From positions 349,760 through 413,759 of the forward strand of contig CAJINV010000021.1 of the NCBI GenBank assembly GCA_905178155.1: 64,000 nt of DNA. Reading direction: 5' to 3'. Source of the DNA: Amoebophrya sp. A120. Taxonomy: Eukaryota; Protista; Dinoflagellata. Position 1 is the first letter of the stretch, and every line of letters begins with the position of its first letter. Of the stretch, positions 12,744 to 27,100 are shown in pieces. The notes under the pieces are model-generated. The model worked only from the letters and a program-made list of their open reading frames with translations, made no database searches and had not been told where the DNA came from. The position numbers and the translations under genes are program-made.

Positions 12744-15700
12744 ATGTGGGCCGATGCGGTTTGTCTGTTTGAAGGGCAGCATCTTCATCAGACGGAGCAT
12801 GTCGCGCGTTATACCCCAAGCATCAGGGAAGAACTTGTTCTCAACGAGAGAACTACACATCATCAAGAAACTAGTTCATCTTCGACCACGTCCGGTTTCT
12901 TTATTGCCAAGAACGAACATGAGCAAGCAGAAGAGCTTACAGCTCGTGATTTTTTCCATAGTACTGCTCTTCACAACATACAGGGCCCAGCTACAAGCGC
13001 AACGATCTCCGCAAAGCGACCACGTGAGCCAGAAGTTCTTAACGGCGCGGCCGCGCACCAGCAGGATCCCAGCAGCGTCGGCCTGAAACGCTTCCACAGC
13101 GACGCAGCTGCCAGTGCGGCCGGCGCCGCGGCTTCGTCGCCAGAAGGAACTACGAGCGGGGAGGCAGCGAAGCTCGACGACTTGCTTGGGCTCTCCGGTG
13201 CCGGTGGCTCGAGCTCTTCATCCAGTTTGTGCCCGACGCCCTTGCTACCAATCCAACATCAACCTGGAGGTGGCGCAGCTGGTTCATCTTCCGGGGCCGC
13301 TGGAGGGACGGGGGCAATAAACTACAACACGTCCTCCACCTCTCTGAACAATTTGGTGCTCGGCCCGATGGTAACTTCTGCCTCGGGAGGTGCGGCCGGC
13401 AAAGGTGCGTCTGCGTCCTCAGCTGCTCTGCAATATGGCGCGACCTGGAATTTCTCTGGTGGCAACAGGCCAGCCAGCAGCAGCCACGCCATATGGCCGG
13501 AACAGCCATCGCCCCCGGTCACCGCGAGCGCGCCAGGTACTTAGTATTTGTATCGGGATAGGCTGAAGATGAAGAGTTGTACATGATCAAATTTGTCCTC
13601 CGTTGCTTCTCCGTTCGCACTTGTATCTAATTGCATGCCACAACACATTCATCCTAAACAAGTGACACTTGCCTACCGTGGTTGTAATCGAGTAAACCTT
13701 GTAGGTATTCTTTCTACGATGTACGTGTACCGTTCTACTTCTAAATCTAAAGTAAAGTTAGTGGTACTTTGACTTTGAGTTCGACTTTCTACTCTTCCAG
13801 GTGGTACAAACACCGGTGGCGGGACGGGAACCAATAATCCGAGTCCGAATACGCAGCTAGCACAAATCTTCGCCGTTTTGATATGCACTGCAAAAGTATC
13901 GTATTAGTCTTTCAATCACGTCCCGATGACGATGAATGCTCTCAGGAACATCGAAGTGTTGCTTCCCATGCTGCGAGGTCGTAGGAGCAGAAAGAGAAGA
14001 TATCTGTCGTGCATGATTGCAATCGATGAAGCGCGAATACGATGAACTTTTGCCTATTGAAACAAAGGCGAAAATAAGCCAAGCGGAACAGCCGGTGCCG
14101 GAGGGGGCGGTGGACAGTCCTCCGCGAGTAGTTCGCCCGGGTCGGTGCTAGACAACCTCCTGAACAGTGTGAATGAAAACACCAAGCCTGCGGCCGCTGC
14201 TGGTACACTGAATCTCGGCGGATTGAACATCAAAGAGCAGCCCGTGGTGGCACAACCAGGAGCTGCAGCGCAGCAACCCCCTGCGCCCGCTCCAAACCGG
14301 CGCGCATATCCGCAAAACACAAACAGCGGCGGGGGGTTGTTGACAAATAATCCGGGGGCGGGGGCAGCGCCGCCAAATAATCATGCGGCGATGAATGGGA
14401 ATGCAAATGCAAATCCACTTGGGAATCTACTAAATCCCAATCTATGGACGACTGCGAACAACAACGGCGTTTCCAGTTCTTCATCCGCAAATAATGTCCA
14501 AAATGCAGATCCCGAGGACCCGGTGCAAGCGTTCCTTCAGACCCTTTCGGAGACGCAGAGAAGCGTGAGTCAGCAGCAGATATTAGGCGGAGGCTCGTCC
14601 CTGTTGGCGAACGCTAAAGGCGGAGTAGGCGCTGGAGGCATTCTCCCCACTTCGACAAACCCAGGAGCTGGAACAACAGCCGGCGTAATTAACATTCCAG
14701 GAGCCACTGCAACTGCGGGTGCCGCGCCATCATCATCATCAAGTGGTTCGATCTTTTCCGAGCCCCTCCAGACGGCCGGTCCAGGGAACTCGCAATTCCT
14801 TCGTCCCGCGGACCTCGAGCAGTTGTTTCGCATTTTCGTGCAACGCCGTTGCGCGAAGGGTAAGGGTGCGGGGAAGCCGAGTTTACCCAAGTTGAAGCAG
14901 GATTTTGTGCAGTTTGTGCACACGCTGAAGGGCAAGGCGGCAAGCAAGGGCATGGCGTTTTCCTTCGCCGCACCCGGAAGTGTAGGGGGCACCGGTGGAG
15001 GTGGTGTAGCATTCGCAGCTCCCGCCGGGAATATTAACGCAGCAGCGACCGGGTCCGGGAGTGCGGTATAATTTTCAATTTTGATTTGTGGTATAGTTCT
15101 TTCTTTGTCATGCGTTTTGGTCTTGCGTTTATTTTTGCTTCGTGTTGTTCATAAAAGTAGTTCTTCCCACCGATCTTCGAGCGTCGGCCGCCGTGTCCGT
15201 GCTTGTTGTACTTACATTCTCACAACTGATGATGCAATTTGTCACAACAGAGTGGAATTCAACACCATCTCGGTCATCTCCCTACTGGCGGAATAAAGGG
15301 TGGACCGCAAGACGGCCTGCGCTCGGCGTCCAGTCTTTCGCGAGTATTGTAGGAATCAATGGGAAAAGATAAGCAGACGATGCTCAACACAAGAATGAAA
15401 ATAAAGTTCAACTCTTTACATCAGATTGCTTGATGTGCTGCGTTACAAATAAAAAAGTAATTTATTTATGAAAAAAAAAAATCCAGTTCTTCGTCCCTCC
15501 CGTCGTCGATCAGGCCCAGAAAGACCTGCGCGAGAAGGAGCGGCTGGCGGATCAGAAGCTCAAAGAGGTGGACGCATTGCTCGCGGAAGTGAAGGCCCGC
15601 TCGGAGAAACTGGCAGAGCGCGAGCAGGCGGTGAATAGTACTGGAGTTGTATCTAGTACTTCGAGTAGCAGCAGTGGAGGGCCAGGCGGAGGTGGTGGTC

Positions 15701-18559
15701 CTACGGCTGTCAAAACCAGAGCAGACTTCGCGACTGATGAAGGTACTTACTTTTCATCTGAGTTGTGATGTTGTTCACACGCAGGCTGAGTGTTGTTGTT
15801 TTCCTTTCATTCGTTAACAGTAGGAGAAGATAGAGAGTAATCCATGATACACAAGGACACATGTACATCATCAAACTACAGAATATGAAGCCTACAAAGC
15901 CGCGCCAAACAAGTATTCTGCGAAAGACTGGGAGCAGTGGTGGTCGTGGGTGGCAGACGGCAACGCTCCAGCGCCCGGAGGTGTCATGTCTTGAATTTCA
16001 GCACGAAGAAACTGTTTTTCTTTTTGTAGCGGTTTGTCCGCCAGGAGGAGGTTTATGGAAGTGTCAGAATCGAAATTGACAAAATCGAAATGATTTGTCA
16101 TGCATAGGATGGTTTCCAGTTCGAACCCAGTTTCTAAGTGGCGCGTCACAAATGCTGGCGGTGCCTAAATCCAGTTTGTAATGCTGTTTAGGCAAAGAAG
16201 ACTGATTCCCTCATGCTGCTTTAGCAGCTCGAGCTATAACCCCAAACAGGCTTACAATCGGCCTCACTTGCCTGCTCTGCAACGAACGCAATTCGCGTCA
16301 TGCATTTCATGCACCACAAATTTTTCGATTTTGTCAATTTCGATCCTGACAGTTCCATAAGGTTCGCGCTCTTCGTATTAATGGATCTATAGTGAAGATT
16401 TTTTCCGTGCTCGTACTGCATCACAGTCCCACTTCAAAGCGTGTTCTTGAAGATGAGAGTGACGTGTCAATGATATGGTTGCGTGAAAGGAACACTTTCG
16501 GATCTTCAACAGGTCCACCGCAGCCGAGTACAGCTACAGGCGGCACCGTCCAGCAGAGCGCCGCAAGCTCCTCGACCGCCGCGCCCCCGAATCTTGCCGG
16601 CTTTCCGCACTTTCAGCCCCAGGCGTTTGGGGCGGCCACGAAGGGCAATTTCCACCCTCAGCCCACCGGGATGCTGCAGCATCTGCAGGCCAGCATGGGC
16701 GGCAAATTCTTCGCCCCGGGGAAGTTTGGAAGCAAAGGCGGCAAAGCGGGTCCGGGAGGTGCCGCAACCGCTGGAGCCGCACATCACATGCAGCAGCAAT
16801 TCAACCCTGCTGCACTCCCGAACTTCGGCGGTGGTGGTCCAGGTGCGCCTCACAAGGGCGGTCTGGGCGGGGGCTACAACAACCATCATCTGAAGGGCGG
16901 CATGATTCCAGCTCCAGGCTTGAACGGCATGGTACCTCCGAAAGGTGGGAAGAATTCTCACGATCACTTCACACCGAATCATCACATGCAACATCACGGG
17001 AAACCCGGAGGTCCACCCTACAAGGGAGCTGGTGCACCAGGGATGTTGCCGCAGCACCAAGGCGGAGGTCCTCCGCCCGGGATCATGCCTCATCTGAACG
17101 GAGCCGGTCCGCCGAGCGGTGGCAAACCCGGGGTAGGGGCTGCAACTAGCAACCCAACTGCTCAACATCTGCCGTTCGGCCACCAGCCACACGGTAGTAC
17201 TACCGGCGGCCCTGTGATGAACCAACAACGAAACAATACAGGAGGGTCTGGTGGTCCTGGCGCCGGTGTTGTAGCTGGTGCTCCTGGGAACAACAATGCT
17301 AGCAATAATTCGAGTAGCACAACGACCGGAGCTGGTGCGCCTTCTTCTACATCAAATAACGCCAGCGCGACGACCACAACTACACCCAAGGGGTCGTTTT
17401 TGAACAGCAAGGGATATGCAGCGTTCAACCCAAGCCCGGCGGTGGTCAACGGTGTCGGTCCTCCGGTGCATCATAGCAACATGCCGCTCGTCGGACCTCC
17501 AATGAACGGTGCGATGCCCATCCATCCGATCGGGGCGGGACCACCTCCTGGCATGGTCGGAGTCGGACCTCCCAACATGATACACCACCAGCATCAACCG
17601 ATGATGAATGGCGTTGGCCCGCCGGGGACGATGAATGGCGTTGTGCTAGGAACTGGACCTCATCAGCCTCCTCCCGTGCCTCCGGCCCCACCAGTACATC
17701 AAGCGCCACCTCCTCCGGAGCCGAAAAACAGTTTTCCCCCGGACCAAAACCCGTTTCCGGATCAGCAGCTGCTCCCCAGAAGCGACAGTGCCGCGAGCGA
17801 AAACAAAGAGAACAGCAGCCAGCAGATTCTCCCCGCTATCGCGACCGACATGGCGGCAGGAGGCTCCACAGCGCTTATCGCACAGAAAGAGGGAACTGGG
17901 GCATCATGTTTGTTGCATCATGCGAAATAAAGATGAACAATAAGTTTTTATAATGCTGCATCCAGGGTGGGTCTATAACTATATCTTTTTCTTTCTGCAG
18001 GGATCCAAAGTCCAATAACACTCAATCTACCTCCTGCATGTTGCAGTGTTTTGAATGTAGGCAACATGATCTAAGACAAGAACTTGATGCTCTAGTACAA
18101 CCTTTTTCCCGCACCATACTCCTATCTGTGTTAAAAAGCGTTCATGGAAACAGTAACAGCACTGCTAACGTTCTCCCTGCGGCTGCGAACCATGTGAAAG
18201 ACTCGGGGATCGCGATTGACGTGCGGAAGCCGCTGAGTATCAATCTAAGAACGAACGTTTGCGCCCCCGCGGCTGGAGAGAACAAGGAAAACGCTGATCC
18301 TGTTGGTGTTCTTGACAAGGAGAATCAACAACCCGGGATCGTCGATGCTCAAGCTGGTGCGGAGACTAAGCCTGATACAACTGCCGGAAAATCAGCAGAG
18401 CAACTGGCGCAGGAAGAACAGGAGCGGAAATTTCAAGAAATTTTGGTTGGCACATAAGATCAAACTGTTATTGACTTATTACCTACTTCATCAAAACTGC
18501 AGGAGCTGAAGCGAGCATGCAATAACTCCAGGAATAATAAAACACCACCAGACAATTGA
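12744..18559 (+). CDS. Gly/Pro/Asn-rich low-complexity hypothetical protein, multi-exon (boundaries approximate)
   Basis: ORFs 12741, 14145, 15568, 16392 and 18038 can be linked by GT-AG introns (e.g. 13537-13800) and two introners (FAVL|NKGE, QEEV|RAL). Confidence 0.6.
13882..14056. mobile_element. Introner, family B (degenerate right end)
   Basis: tatgcactgcaaaagtatcgta...acttttgccta; flanks tttga/ttgaa; a 5-nt offset join restores the frame. Confidence 0.75.
16054..16359. mobile_element. Introner, family D
   Basis: tatggaagtgtcagaatcgaaattgacaaaatcgaaa / tttcgattttgtcaatttcgatcctgacagttccata; perfect direct repeat aggtt. Confidence 0.95.
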
Positions 18560-21147
18560 CTCGTCTGTCGGAAGTAATCACACCAATTTGCAAAACTTAT
18601 TTTTAAGGTCTCGGATGAACTTATTTTCATTTTTCACGGTTGTAAGCTTAAGCTTTAAGCTTATCCAATTCGACACGACTATGGTTTTCAGATAACTCCT
18701 CGTCAAATACAACTATAAAAACGAACGAAAATAGATCCCCTCGCTCGAGAGAGAACTACCTCTATGCACCTGTACACAAGAAAAATCCATACAATGCAGC
18801 TCGAGCGGAGGGACTCTGTAGAGTAGTGACTGAAAATATTAAATGGACTCAGTCATTTTTTCACGTGATTCCTCCCCTCCTAGAGTCAATCAAACAACTT
18901 TCGTCCTCGTCGGCTAGCAGCTTCGACAGTCGTTGCTCTTGCTTTCCGCCAACCACAATTCGAATATATCCGTTTTAAAGTCTAGTACTCATAGAGTCCT
19001 CGAGGTGGAGACCAACAGTTGCAGTTCCGTACTGCAAGAGCTGCAGAAGACTTTTTTATTGCTGGATGAAATTTGACGTCAACGTGCTGAATGAACGAAT
19101 TTTTTCCCAAGAAAATTTTTTACTTGCGCCTGAACTTAATCCCGGGGCGTTCTTCTTGTGCCTAATTCCTAGTGCCTGTAGACAATGAGCAATCTTCCAA
19201 TTGCTCAGCAGGCAACAAAAATGTATCGTAAAAAATGAATACGTTTTTTGATAGTTTGCAACTCTTGTATTTTTTCGTCTTCCTCGTCGGTGGCGTGGGG
19301 TGGAAAACGAGAAATGAAATGTAGCCTAGCTTCTGCAAAACCAAAATTTATAGAATTACCAGCTTGTAGTTCGTCATCCGCAGCTTCGTGCGTTGCTAGC
19401 GGAACAACAGTCACAGGGGACTTCTGCAGCGGAAAAATCATGAACAAGTCTTCATCAATGACCACGGCTTCTAGTGTCTAGCGCAAGACGAGGACTTTCA
19501 ACGAAGAAGAAGCCAGCTACGAATATTTCGATTTCCTCTTCCATGTTGACCGGGGCGGTTCATTCTTGATGCCCTCGCACCGCGAAATAAAATCTCACTT
19601 GCCTACAACGCCCTGCTGGTACGTATGTGGAATAGATGACAATAGCGTATGTATAGCTATAGGGCGGGCGGACCACCGGAGGTACGCGGGATGGTAGTAG
19701 AATGCGATGCAGGTTTTAGGCGTAAGGATTTCTACACTTCTGAACAAGGACAAAATTTCTGCCCCACTTGGAGCGCAGGTCTGGCGGGAACAAGATAAAT
19801 CATTGATGACGATGTGTATGTGTAGGTCGATAGAAGCACCACCTCCTAGAGGGGGACAACATGATCGTGTTGGAAATAGTGTGAAGTTACAACGTAGCAG
19901 AACAGTAAGTAAGAAATGGTATAATAATAATTATGAACAAGTACCGTAGGTATTGATCAAGTTAAACAACAAGCATACCCATACGGCCAATGCAGCTGAC
20001 AGCGAAAGGGTCGGTGCAGCTTTCAAAACTGTCACAAGCAACTCCGACAAGCGAATTTCACCACACCAAAGAACAAGGCGCTGGGTACGAGCGTGCTGAT
20101 GTGTAATGAGAATGAAGAACGTGCCAAAACCAAAAGTTATCCACTGCAGCAGTCACGAAGAAATCATGATCTGTAAAGTCACAAGAGAACTACAATCTTG
20201 AAAAAGATAAGGAAGGCGAGGCCCTGTTTTTTGTTGGAACTTCTCGAGAAGCATCAAACGACTTGCACCGTTTGTCTTCTTTTTCGTTCTTGTTTCATCT
20301 GGCATTTTTCTTGCTGCAGCATGGTTGCAACGTTTTTCGTAAAGCGAAGATCAGTTGGAATTCATGTCATCGTCTCCAACGCACGAAATTTTCACTGGAT
20401 GGCTTCAAGAAGATCGTCAGAATCATGATGCCTTCAACAGGCTATGAGCACCAGGTGGATCTTTCTACATCTGAGATTTTCAGCTTTATTCCGGGGCGCT
20501 CGAAGAAAGATAGACGGGGACAATACAGTGAGCAGTATGTCGTGTATGAGATGTTGTTGTCGACCTCGACGAGCACCATGAGGTAGAGATGCAGAGTAGT
20601 GCAAGAACATGAAAAGAAAAAATCGTGAAGATTGATTGCAGTTTCTGGTCGAGAAAAGTTGATCAGTCGTCGTATGTTTCTCCTTCATTTCGATCATTTT
20701 GGTTCTTTGGGGGAAGTTCAAGTTGTCTCTTTCGATTTCAGTGTCGGTCTGCATGTCGTGGTGGTCCTGCTTGTCGATGAGGATACATTATGCACTCGCT
20801 CATCGTAGTTCGTATGTCGTCGTTTAAGTAGTGCTCTCTCTTGATGAACTTTTTGACCTGTTTGATTCGCTTTTCGGAATCGGAATTCATTGGAGCCGCT
20901 CCAAGAACTTCATTCTGATATTATGTGATGTCCAATAGTACAGAAGTAGAGACAAAGTGGTAGGCATACAAAACTGTTGCGAGAAATCATTGAAGTGTCA
21001 ACATCGGTGTATCCGCTGGTGAGGAAGAAGATATATTAGGAGCCTTTTAAGGTACCTACCTGCAGGAGCGTCGCGCGCTTGGAAGATGCCTCTTGTATAG
21101 AAATAGAATAGCATCGGAAATAAGTACAAGCAGGTGGAGCTGCAGCT

Positions 21148-24100
21148 ATGTCTCTGTCTCCCGGGCGTGCCGCCCGTGGAGACCATGACCAACTCCGAGA
21201 CCAGGTCGACCGGGCCACGGTACACTTGAAGACCAATCCGGATACCACCTTCTACAAAATCTCCGACCACCAGAGCGGCACCGATGGGTTGCAGAAAAAA
21301 CGCACCTGGAAACCGCGGCGGAGAAAGGTAAAAGAATATTTCAGAGCATAGCATGCATCGATGTCGATCTCGCTGCTTGGATGGCAGCTAGAAGAAGGGA
21401 AGAACAGCAGGAGGAGCGAGTTTTGAAGTTGCATGTTGGAATAAACAAGAAGGTAACTGAAACTGATACGAATTTTGAAAACCAAAATGAAATCTCCTTC
21501 GATAATATTAATTTAGGTCCGCGCCGCCTACCGTGTGCCTTCGGAATACGACGACACGGTGCCTTATGGATGTGTCAGGTTTGAAATCGTCAAAGTTGAA
21601 ATAGTTTGTCATGCATAAAACGGATACCAGTTAGACCTGCAGTGTGTAGTCGGTGCATGGTAAATTTACCCGGTCCTGGAAGCGAGTCTGTCATGCGGTT
21701 TAGGGCAAAAGAGCTGCCTTCTGTCATGCTAGTTAGCAGTCCAACTTTTGACCCTTGCCAGGACTATAAACTGCCTCCCGTGGGTCCTCTGCAATAGAGT
21801 CACTTTTTGTGCCGCAGTTTCTGCATTACAAATTATTTCAACTTTGACGATTTCAAACCTGACGCTTCCATATCCCTGATTGGGCCTCCTGGCAGCAGAA
21901 TTTTGCCAACAAGGCGGAGCTATGCATTGCAAAAGTATCGTAGTAGTATAAATCGCATGACAAATTAGCCCAGCAAGACAAACGGAATTTGTCATGCTGA
22001 TTTGGCTTGGAAACGGGATTTGTAATGCATGACTGCGATTAGTACGACTACGAGTACGATACTTTTGCACAGAATAGGAGCACGCCGCGGTTTCCATCCA
22101 GGCGGGCCTGATTGCGCAGGAGGCCTGGGAGGCCAGCATGCTGTCGACGACGGAAGAGGAAGAGGATGTGTACTACGGAAACCGACAGGATTTCAGTCAC
22201 ATGTTCCAGGAGAACCGGGTGGTCGGCCGACGAAGGTCCGGCGACCAGCCCGTGGATGACTACACCTATGAACAAGAACGGGCGGCTGGACCACGTCGGG
22301 CCCCCCGCGGCCCCGAAGAGTTTACTCGGAAGTACAAATCCGAAGGCCGCGCGCCGAGTCGGGAAGGAAGAAGTGGCGCCAGAGCGCCGAGTCGCGAGGG
22401 CGGCAATCGGCGGGAGTCGAACAGCCGCGACGGCAGAAGGCGGGGTGGACGGGAATTCAGCCAAGAGCCGGAAGCGTATGGACCAAGAGGCGCGGATCAC
22501 AAATTGCAGGACGCGGCGCGGTCACCACAAGGCGGCACACGGGGAAGCGGGCGCAGTGGTGGTGGGGGACAACATCATCCACCACAAGACCAAACAAGTG
22601 GTGGTCCCCCCCCGGACCAATCACCAGCTGGCGCGCCCGCAGGCTCGCACCGAAGTGGCAGCAGTCCGCGGGAACGAAGAGGCGATCGTGAGCACGGCTC
22701 AAGTCCGCACGGGTCGGAGGGCCGACGGGGAAGAAGTCAGGACCCGCACGGCGCAGCAGGAGATGACCGTCATGATCGCGCATCGAGAAGAGGCCGCAGC
22801 GGCGAGCCGCACGAGGATCGCGGCGGCAGTCGCGGACGGGGCGGCGGACACGGACAGCAGCACAGTCAGCCGCGAGGTCAGGGACACCAGCAGCACCCGG
22901 GCGGTCCCGGTCCGCCCCCCTTGTCGCCCCAACAACAGCTCGGGAGCCGCAGTCCGCAGCGGGGCACCCGCGGGGGTGGCGCAAGACAACAACTCGCCAG
23001 TCCGCCCTCCGCCATGAAACAGTCCTACAACAACGGCATGGGGAGTCGCGGCGCGGGCGCCTCACCGAAAAAGGTTTCCTTGTTTGACAGTGGCGGGAGC
23101 CCGACCGCGACGACCAAAAAGTCCTACGCTCCGCCCAAGGATCCGGAAGAAAGGAAAGCGTGGGAAGAGGAGAAACAGTACCAGAACCGGTATGGAAGCG
23201 TCAGGTTTGAAATCGTCAAAGTTGAAATAGTTTGTCATGCTCATGCATAAAGTGCAGCCCTCAAAGTGCCTGTCTTGCAACGTAGGCAAGTGTTGAGGCA
23301 GATTGTAAGCCTGTTGAGGGGTAGAAACTACTGAGCTGCTAACGTAGCACGATTCCTTACCCAAACAGCATGACAAACTGGATTTTGGTTCTACCCAAAT
23401 TTGTCATGCGCCACTTACAAACTGGGCCACAACTTTCATCCATTTTATGCATTGCAAGTTAATATTCGAACATTGTCGATTTCAATCCTGACACTCCCAT
23501 AACCGGCGGGCCTCGGTCATGGAGCATCCGGAGATGGTGAAGGCGCGCGCTATCAAATGTAAAAATGTCTGGGTCTGGAAGAATGCAACTTGTCATGCTA
23601 AATCTGAAGCATGCAAAAATGAAAATCTGTGTTGCATGATTGCCAAAAGTCGTCAGGTTTTGACCAAGTCGGGAGGGAGTTTCTCATGCAGAATAGGCAT
23701 GAGAGAGATCGCGCAGAATCTGTCATGTTAGGTCCTGCATTCCAGACCTCATGGGTCATGGAAAAGCTGCATGACAGATCGCGCATTCTTCCAGACCCAG
23801 ACATATCTGCAGTTGATACGCGCGGACCTGATGCAATTCGTTATGCACAGCGACACGCAGGACATGCACGAAGTCCAGCAGCGGTTCGAGGAGTTCACCG
23901 ATTTTTTGACAAGACAAGCCTTCGATCGCTGGAACGTATCAGAAGGACAGAAAGCGGTGCTGAACCAAAATAACGTCAGGTATATATTTTCTTGAATCGG
24001 GTCAAGAAGTAAACGTAAAGTACTTTCTTTCATAATTTTCGAAGAGGATGAGGACTTTCCCCGCCGGCCTGCTGCCAAGAAGAAAACTTAAAGTATGTAG

Positions 24101-27100
24101 CAGGGCGGAATGACTTGTACTAGTACAACTAGTTCCAGCACAAGCATAAAAGTGCTGAAGAGGCACTCATGTGACCACGATGCACAACTCCAAACAGGAC
24201 ACAAATGCTGAAGGCCCAACAGGGCTACCTCCAAGAGCTGCAGTACCATCGCTACCGCGAGGGACAACGCCCCGGGGACATCCCAGGAACCGGTATGGTG
24301 ATGCCCGGCGAGATATCAACTGTAAAAATGTCTGGGTCTGGAAAAATTCATGTTTGTCATGCTTGTCTGGCATGACTCTTAAATCTGTCATGCACGTTAC
24401 CCAAGAGCTCCGTTTTTCTGTGATGCAAAAGCGCAGTTTGTCATGCAGAATAGGCAACACCTGGGAGCTGAGAAACTTCTCATGCTGAGTCAGCATTTGC
24501 AGCCTCAGCATGAGACGCTACCCAGCATCACAAGTTCCCAGACCCAGACATTTTTACTTTTGATACGAGAGCTACAAAATCGATACCGGCGGTGCCGCGA
24601 AGGACGAAGTGGTCAAGGCGTTTGTCGATGGACAGACCCAGGGCATGAGCAACGATGGTATGATGATATCATCACGACACAGAATTAATACTACAAACTC
24701 AAACAGAAAGATGTAGCGAAATAAAGAACAAGGTCATGATCGTGGCGTTCCCGTTTTCATATCTAAAAACCCGTCGATTAACAGTAAGAAGGCAAGACAT
24801 GTGATGACGCAAAACAATAAACCTCCATCCACCACAGGTGCAAACGTGATCTTGTACGATGCCCTCACTGTCTTCACCCTGGACGAGCAGGAGCTAATTC
24901 GCATGATCATCGACGAGCGAGTGCACCAACTGCAGATCTACGCGCCGGGGAGGAAAGGCCGGGGGTCGAAGGAAGAGGAGGAGGAAACCGTGTCTCTGGA
25001 CGAACTGAATTTCGTCAAAAGTATAAACAAAAGATAAAATTAAAATTATTGCTTTCGTTGTTCTCTTGATGCATGCTGCTAAGGTCTCTGCGGTTTTGGA
25101 ATCTCTTCACAAACTACAGAAGATCATGGGAAGATATTCGGCCGCCAAAGGACGATGGCGCTCCATGATGCCGGCCTGTGTCCTTAAGTCAGCGACCACG
25201 GGCCAGTTTTTCTATTAGAAAAACTGGCCTGTCTGCATCATCTTTCTATAGTTACTATAGAAAGATGATGCAGACAACGATCCTTCCTCGAAACATCAAA
25301 TAATCTGATCTACTAGACTACACAACTCCTTCACAGACGAGCTGATTTCGTGGCAGTTGAAAGCAAAAACGCTGGAGGAAGAATACGGCAAGAAGGTGCA
25401 GCGATTCCAAGACTTGGTGGACGAGCTCCGCGCCAAGGTCGAACAGCTCGAGAACGTGGAGATCGTGGAGCGCGACCAAAGAATCGAAGAACTGCAGTCC
25501 GACACGGAGGACCTAAAACTCAAAATTGACGAGGTGAAAATGGAGGCCGAAGCGGAAAAGTTTGAGTACTGAACCGTGTGTCGTTCTTTCCTGATTTTTG
25601 TTTGCAATGACGGTTGTGTTCTTGGCAACAGTTACGTCTCTGCAACGCCGATGGTAAAAATCATGGATGCGCATGCGGCTGCGGGGGCCTGATCCCACTT
25701 GAATGATAACACGAAGATCACAAAAATGAATTCAGGCTCGAATCGAAGGTCAGCGAGAAGCAAATGGAGATTGACCTGCTCAACAAGCAGCTCGACGAAC
25801 TTCGCGCCGGGCTGGATCCCAGCAAGGTTTCCAGCGAAAGCGAAAAGGCGCAGACGGACAGCGAGGAAAAAGCCAAGCGAGAAGCGGAACTGTATCTTCG
25901 TTTTTTCATGTGTGGTAGAATGTTGATGCTAGCGGAGAGTCCGAGGACTTTCATCTTCATGCTGTGCATGCCTGATCATGGTTGTAATCGTGATGCCAAA
26001 GGCTGCGCAGAAAGATACTTAAGTGAAAACTTGTCCGAACTACAGAACCCTTCTCGCCGAGGAGCTGGTGGCGTGCAAGGCGAAACTAGCCGACGCGGAG
26101 TTGGAGATTGCGAGATTGCGTGCGGAAATGGAGCAATCCGTTCAGAACGCCAATGCAAAAGCTAGGCGAGATTCCGGCGGCCAAGTGGACGATGAAGAGT
26201 TCGCGGCCATGCGCAAGGAGCTGGAAGACGCGAAGAGGGAGTTGGAGAGGATGAAAGTACAAAATATAACGTGTGGAGGTGTTGGGCTGGTTTTGATTTG
26301 ATATTAGATGACGAGGATTTATGTTGTGTAGTACGTCCTCATCCTCTGTGTCAGTCTCGTGCTTGAGCATCACGTTCTTGAGCAACTCTGTTTTCATCTT
26401 CAGCAAATGTAAATGAAACACGACAAACGCCCGATTATTTTATGAAACACCACCTTCCAGACCCTCCTCCTCCAAGAAGAGGAGTTGCGCCGAAAAGCGG
26501 AGGACATCGCTGACAAGTGGAAACTATGAATTGCAAAAGCATCGTACTAGTAGCAATTGCATTACAAATTGCCTCAGCATGACAAATGGAATTTGTCATG
26601 CTGTTTGACCTTGGGATGTAGATTTGTAATGCATAACTGCAATTACTATGAGTACGATACTTTTGCACTGGATAGAAACAGGACGTGGAGGCGCTGAAGG
26701 GCGAGAACGACCGGTACCGCCAACGGCTGGAGTCCCAGGACGCCGAGATGCGGAGTTTGCGGCAGAAAATCACGCAGTTGGAGATGGTCGAGCAGGAGCT
26801 GCTGCAGCAACTCGCGGAGATCAACGCGCTCAAGGACGTGGGGGAGACGGGGAAGGCGTTCAAGGGCATGATGCGGAAGCTGGGCGTGAAGTCGGGCGGC
26901 ATATGACAGTGCGCAACCCCCCCCCTCCCCCTCATTTGTATTGCAGGAACAGCAATACAAACGCCAGCGACCCTGGAGCTTGTGCATTACAAATTTATGT
27001 ACCTAGTACTGAAGTTAGTACTATTTGGGCTTTGGAAATTTGTCATGCAAACAGTGCCACGGGGATGAACATGAAGCGGCTGGATTTCTGATTTAGCATG

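Noticed and set aside
19186-20586. Possible small multi-exon gene
   Set aside because: Exon-like blocks with donor/acceptor sites exist (e.g. about 19481-19617) but I could not assemble a consistent CDS.
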